Below, in pieces: positions 36,022 through 38,567 of a stretch of DNA of 38,567 bases. The stretch covers positions 1 through 38,567 of the IMG/VR virus record IMGVR_UViG_3300038312_000128. One strand, 5' to 3'. The first letter of the stretch is position 1. Each line of letters opens with the position of its first letter. This DNA is from a virus. Lineage: Duplodnaviria > Caudoviricetes. The position numbers and the translations under genes are program-made. Under the pieces are notes generated by a model. The model saw nothing but the letters and a program-made list of their open reading frames with translations. It was not told the DNA's origin and did no database searches.

Positions 36022-36410
36022 TCTTCATCACCATCCTTCTCAGGGCGTGGTATTGAATGAATAAGATTAATTGTCTTTGTATCATCGTCATCCTTCTTGT
36101 TATATAATCCTGCCATTTCAAGCAATACTTTCCCGTGATTAAAGCTTCCTCTCTTAGCTTCTCTCACAAAGGCATTGATAACAGGAGCAATAGATTGTTG
36201 CACTATGCTTTCTGAAAGCTCCTTATATAACTTTACAAACTCAGGCTTTTCAAAGGCAGTATAATAGATATTTCTTGTGCATTTTGCAGCCTTACAAATG
36301 TCGGTGATAGATTTCATTCGATAATCGGGATTTATCAATATTTCAAGCAGCGCCTTTTCCTTTTCTGTAGGCTTGTATTTTGTTGAGTTTCGTTTACTCA
36401 AATCAACCAC
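36018..36410 (-). CDS. Terminase small subunit (HTH)
   Basis: SITDICKAAKCTRNIYY HTH, A..G....K.LLEMAG; directly upstream of terL. Confidence 0.7.
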   Translation of the reverse strand: MVDLSKRNSTKYKPTEKEKALLEILINPDYRMKSITDICKAAKCTRNIYYTAFEKPEFVKLYKELSESIVQQSIAPVINAFVREAKRGSFNHGKVLLEMAGLYNKKDDDDTKTINLIHSIPRPEKDGDEE

Positions 36411-36966
36411 CGCCTAATATATCCGGAAGTTCTTTGTCTATCGAATTCCAATCAAGCCCATATTTAGTTAGAATGTCACTGAAGTCCTCTATATTATGTG
36501 GTACTATCTTCAATCCCTTTTCTCCGATGCCAATATGCCTTAGCTCGTGGTACATCAGGACCTTCAACTGATTTTCATTCAGAAACCCTGTATTTCGCTC
36601 AAAATAGGTTATTATAAAGTCATATGGCAGGTATGCTTTATATAAATCCGTTACTTTTCTGCATTCTGCATAGGTAATCTTCTCACCCTGTTTCTTCTCA
36701 TGACTGATGATGTAACCGATTTTAATACCATATTCCTTTATAAAATTGAACTCCGGAAAGTGCTTAATAATCTTATCTCCAAGCCTTCTTAATTCATGGC
36801 TGACTTCTGCTTCTCCAATATTTAGCTGTTTTCTTAAATTACGTATACGAATAGTTTTGTCTTTATTGTTTTGCTTTCTCCATATGCTATATAGTTCCTT
36901 GTAGGCTGCGCATGGAATTTCGCAACCATCTGCATAATAACAACTATTGCATATTTCGCTTATCAT
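36403..36966 (-). CDS. Phage metallopeptidase-like protein
   Basis: LMYHELRHIG (HExxH) followed by PHNIEDF..I...YG. Confidence 0.75.
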   Translation of the reverse strand: MISEICNSCYYADGCEIPCAAYKELYSIWRKQNNKDKTIRIRNLRKQLNIGEAEVSHELRRLGDKIIKHFPEFNFIKEYGIKIGYIISHEKKQGEKITYAECRKVTDLYKAYLPYDFIITYFERNTGFLNENQLKVLMYHELRHIGIGEKGLKIVPHNIEDFSDILTKYGLDWNSIDKELPDILGGG

Positions 36967-37049
36967 GCGCTCACCTCATTTCTAATCTTTGCCCACCCCA
37001 AACCCTATGCACTTTCATCAACCGTGCATCATCTAATTATTTATAAAGC

Positions 37050-37075
37050 AAAAGAGCGCCCTTGTCGAACGCTCT
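37050..37075 (-). terminator. Terminator-like hairpin upstream of packaging genes
   Basis: Minus strand AGAGCGTTC-GACAA-GGGCGCTCT-TTT. Confidence 0.6.
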
Positions 37076-37202
37076 CTGCCGGAGGAGTCATGGTAAAAAA
37101 GTATCAGCACCCAATTACATAGAATCCAATATTAGCATTATAGACCATTTTTAAGTGCTACTACTGCAAACTTTACCATATCTTGCTATAACTTATCATA
37201 TC

Positions 37203-37646
37203 TTACTTCTTTAATACTTTTTCAGCTTCTTCTCGTGTTAGAAATAATTCTTCTTGTCTATGGGTTTCGCCAGTTTCATACCAAGTTTTGTTATCTTCAT
37301 CTGGAAAAGCTACCATAAACTCAATTTCATCTTTATTTATATAAAATCCACTTATTTTGCATTCGTAGGTTTTCTTTTGAATGTTTATATAAAAGATATC
37401 TCCAACTTTACAAGGCAAATTTATTAATAAGCCTTGTCTCATCAAATCTGCATACTCACTTACCTTACTATAAACTTCTAAATACATATCATATGCTTGT
37501 TTGATTTCTTCCGGCTCTAATCCTGTATTTTCATAAGTTTTTAAAATATTTAATGCATCTGCTATATTTGCATAACATGAATACGAACAGTTATTAAAAA
37601 CTTCGTTATCATTTAATTCAATTGCTCCTTCGCTTAATCTATTCAT
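37203..37646 (-). CDS. Conserved phage hypothetical protein
   Basis: YENTGLEPEEI, LPCKVGD, FLTREEAE motifs common in Firmicutes phages. Confidence 0.75.
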   Translation of the reverse strand: MNRLSEGAIELNDNEVFNNCSYSCYANIADALNILKTYENTGLEPEEIKQAYDMYLEVYSKVSEYADLMRQGLLINLPCKVGDIFYINIQKKTYECKISGFYINKDEIEFMVAFPDEDNKTWYETGETHRQEELFLTREEAEKVLKK

Positions 37647-37656
37647 TTTCTACCTC

Positions 37657-37770
37657 CTACACCCAATCTTCACACCAATCTTTTTCGGTTACATAAGTAT
37701 CATATAGTGTGCATATTCCTTTGCCTGTATATGTTTCTTTGTAATAAATGCAGTTTTTACATTGTTCCAT
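37657..37770 (-). CDS. Small Cys-rich protein (37 aa), not in ORF track
   Basis: MEQCKNCIYY...GIC...DWCEDWV*; GGAGG RBS. Confidence 0.55.
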   Translation of the reverse strand: MEQCKNCIYYKETYTGKGICTLYDTYVTEKDWCEDWV

Positions 37771-38257
37771 TGGTTTCCTCCTTATACGGTTCAGGTAATG
37801 GTTGCCATGCTATAACTTTATAGTCATTTACATATACCTCTGTGTAATCATCCCAATTTTCAATAGTTTCATACCAACCTTCTTTTACATAATATTCATC
37901 TTCTTCCTCAACGTAATCGTTCCAAGTGTAATCTTCACAATATGACCACATATCATCTACTTTTATGGAATGTTTCCCGATATACTTAGCATTGAAGCGA
38001 ACGTATATATTTTTTTTGGTATATTCAGAATATCTTACACCCGTTACTTGTACTTTTGTATTGTTATCTGGCAGCCTCTCACTTACAGGAATCCAACCAC
38101 CGTTTAATTGTTTTTCATTGATAATTTCGCATTCTTGGTCTATAAAGCATTTCGCTTTTAAAATTCCATTTGCTAACTCAATTTCTCCGTTAGCGGCTTT
38201 TTTATCTGCATATGCCCTTAGTTTCAACTGTAACTTGTCATAGTCCGTTAATCTCAT
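37757..38257 (-). CDS. DUF551-like phage protein
   Basis: WIPVSERLP ... VIAWQPLPEPY signature; likely ATG at 38257 with GGAGG RBS. Confidence 0.8.
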   Translation of the reverse strand: MRLTDYDKLQLKLRAYADKKAANGEIELANGILKAKCFIDQECEIINEKQLNGGWIPVSERLPDNNTKVQVTGVRYSEYTKKNIYVRFNAKYIGKHSIKVDDMWSYCEDYTWNDYVEEEDEYYVKEGWYETIENWDDYTEVYVNDYKVIAWQPLPEPYKEETNGTM

Positions 38258-38514
38258 TATTCCACCTCCGACCAATCTAATTTTTGACCGCAATCTTGAC
38301 AATATTTCTGTAAGTAGTCTATATAGGCATTCTTACAAATCTGACAAATTATAATCCTATTACCCTTCGTTTTCTTTGGTGATTGTTTTTCAAGTGCTTG
38401 TATTGCTAAGTCAAATTCGTTGAAAACATGCCTTGTTGCCCTTAAGTTATTCTTAATAAAATCTTTATCTGCTTTGAGCAAACTTATTGCTTTTTTAATC
38501 TCAATATCATTCAT
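38257..38514 (-). CDS. Zn-ribbon phage protein
   Basis: AIQALEKQ.PKK...CQIC...YCQDCGQKLDW. Confidence 0.75.
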   Translation of the reverse strand: MNDIEIKKAISLLKADKDFIKNNLRATRHVFNEFDLAIQALEKQSPKKTKGNRIIICQICKNAYIDYLQKYCQDCGQKLDWSEVE

Positions 38515-38567
38515 TTTCTACCTCCACCCTTTCAAACTCTATAACCCACACCCAAGGATTAGCACCA
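38507..38567 (-). CDS. 3' end of ASCH/PUA-like phage protein (partial)
   Basis: Manual translation GANPWVWVIEFERVEVENE*, with the NPWVWVIEF signature. Confidence 0.65.
   Translation of the reverse strand, partial: GANPWVWVIEFERVEVENE

Larger units (their letters stand above)
1..38567. mobile_element. Temperate phage genome (near-complete, permuted, probably excised form), podovirus-like virion module
   Basis: Continuous phage modules: replication/recombination, cro/cI, integrase, lysis, tail, capsid, portal, terminase. No host housekeeping genes. Both ends fall in the early-middle gene region. Confidence 0.95.

Noticed and set aside
36988-36997. TTTGCCCACC resembling the integrase arm motif
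   Set aside because: Single isolated short match, expected by chance.
37090-37122. Plus-strand mini-ORF MVKKYQHPIT after GGAGGAG
   Set aside because: RBS spacing is very short and no plus-strand promoter is evident; treated as the complement of the anti-SD leader.

Overview
The window is most of a temperate phage genome of an AT-rich, spore-forming Firmicute (probably Clostridia-like). It appears circularly permuted and in excised form, since integrase and endolysin converge on an attP-like repeat region. Left to right: early/replication genes on the minus strand (partial DUF5131, SpoIIID homolog, initiator with iteron-like repeats, MBL hydrolase, Bet/RecT, HNH, SbcC/Rad50-like ATPase, Xis, Cro); a plus-strand immunity/integration operon (CI-S24 repressor, two membrane proteins, tyrosine integrase); then the late operon on the minus strand (lysis, DGR cassette, fibres, a 3194-aa polyvalent protein, podovirus-like tail and head genes, terminase). 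Three systems stand out. (1) The large terminase is fractured by a naturally split intein, with a free-standing HNH gene between the halves, so the nuclease motif needs protein trans-splicing. (2) A diversity-generating retroelement keeps its target/VR, hairpin, Avd, TR and spacer, but its reverse transcriptase is reduced to a C-terminal stub, and its TR itself looks partly adenine-mutagenised. (3) A giant virion-module protein carries peptidase, JAB/RadC and ADP-ribosyltransferase-like modules delimited by a recurring (F/Y)SLK-type motif. All family assignments come from motif recognition by eye; no database searches were run.
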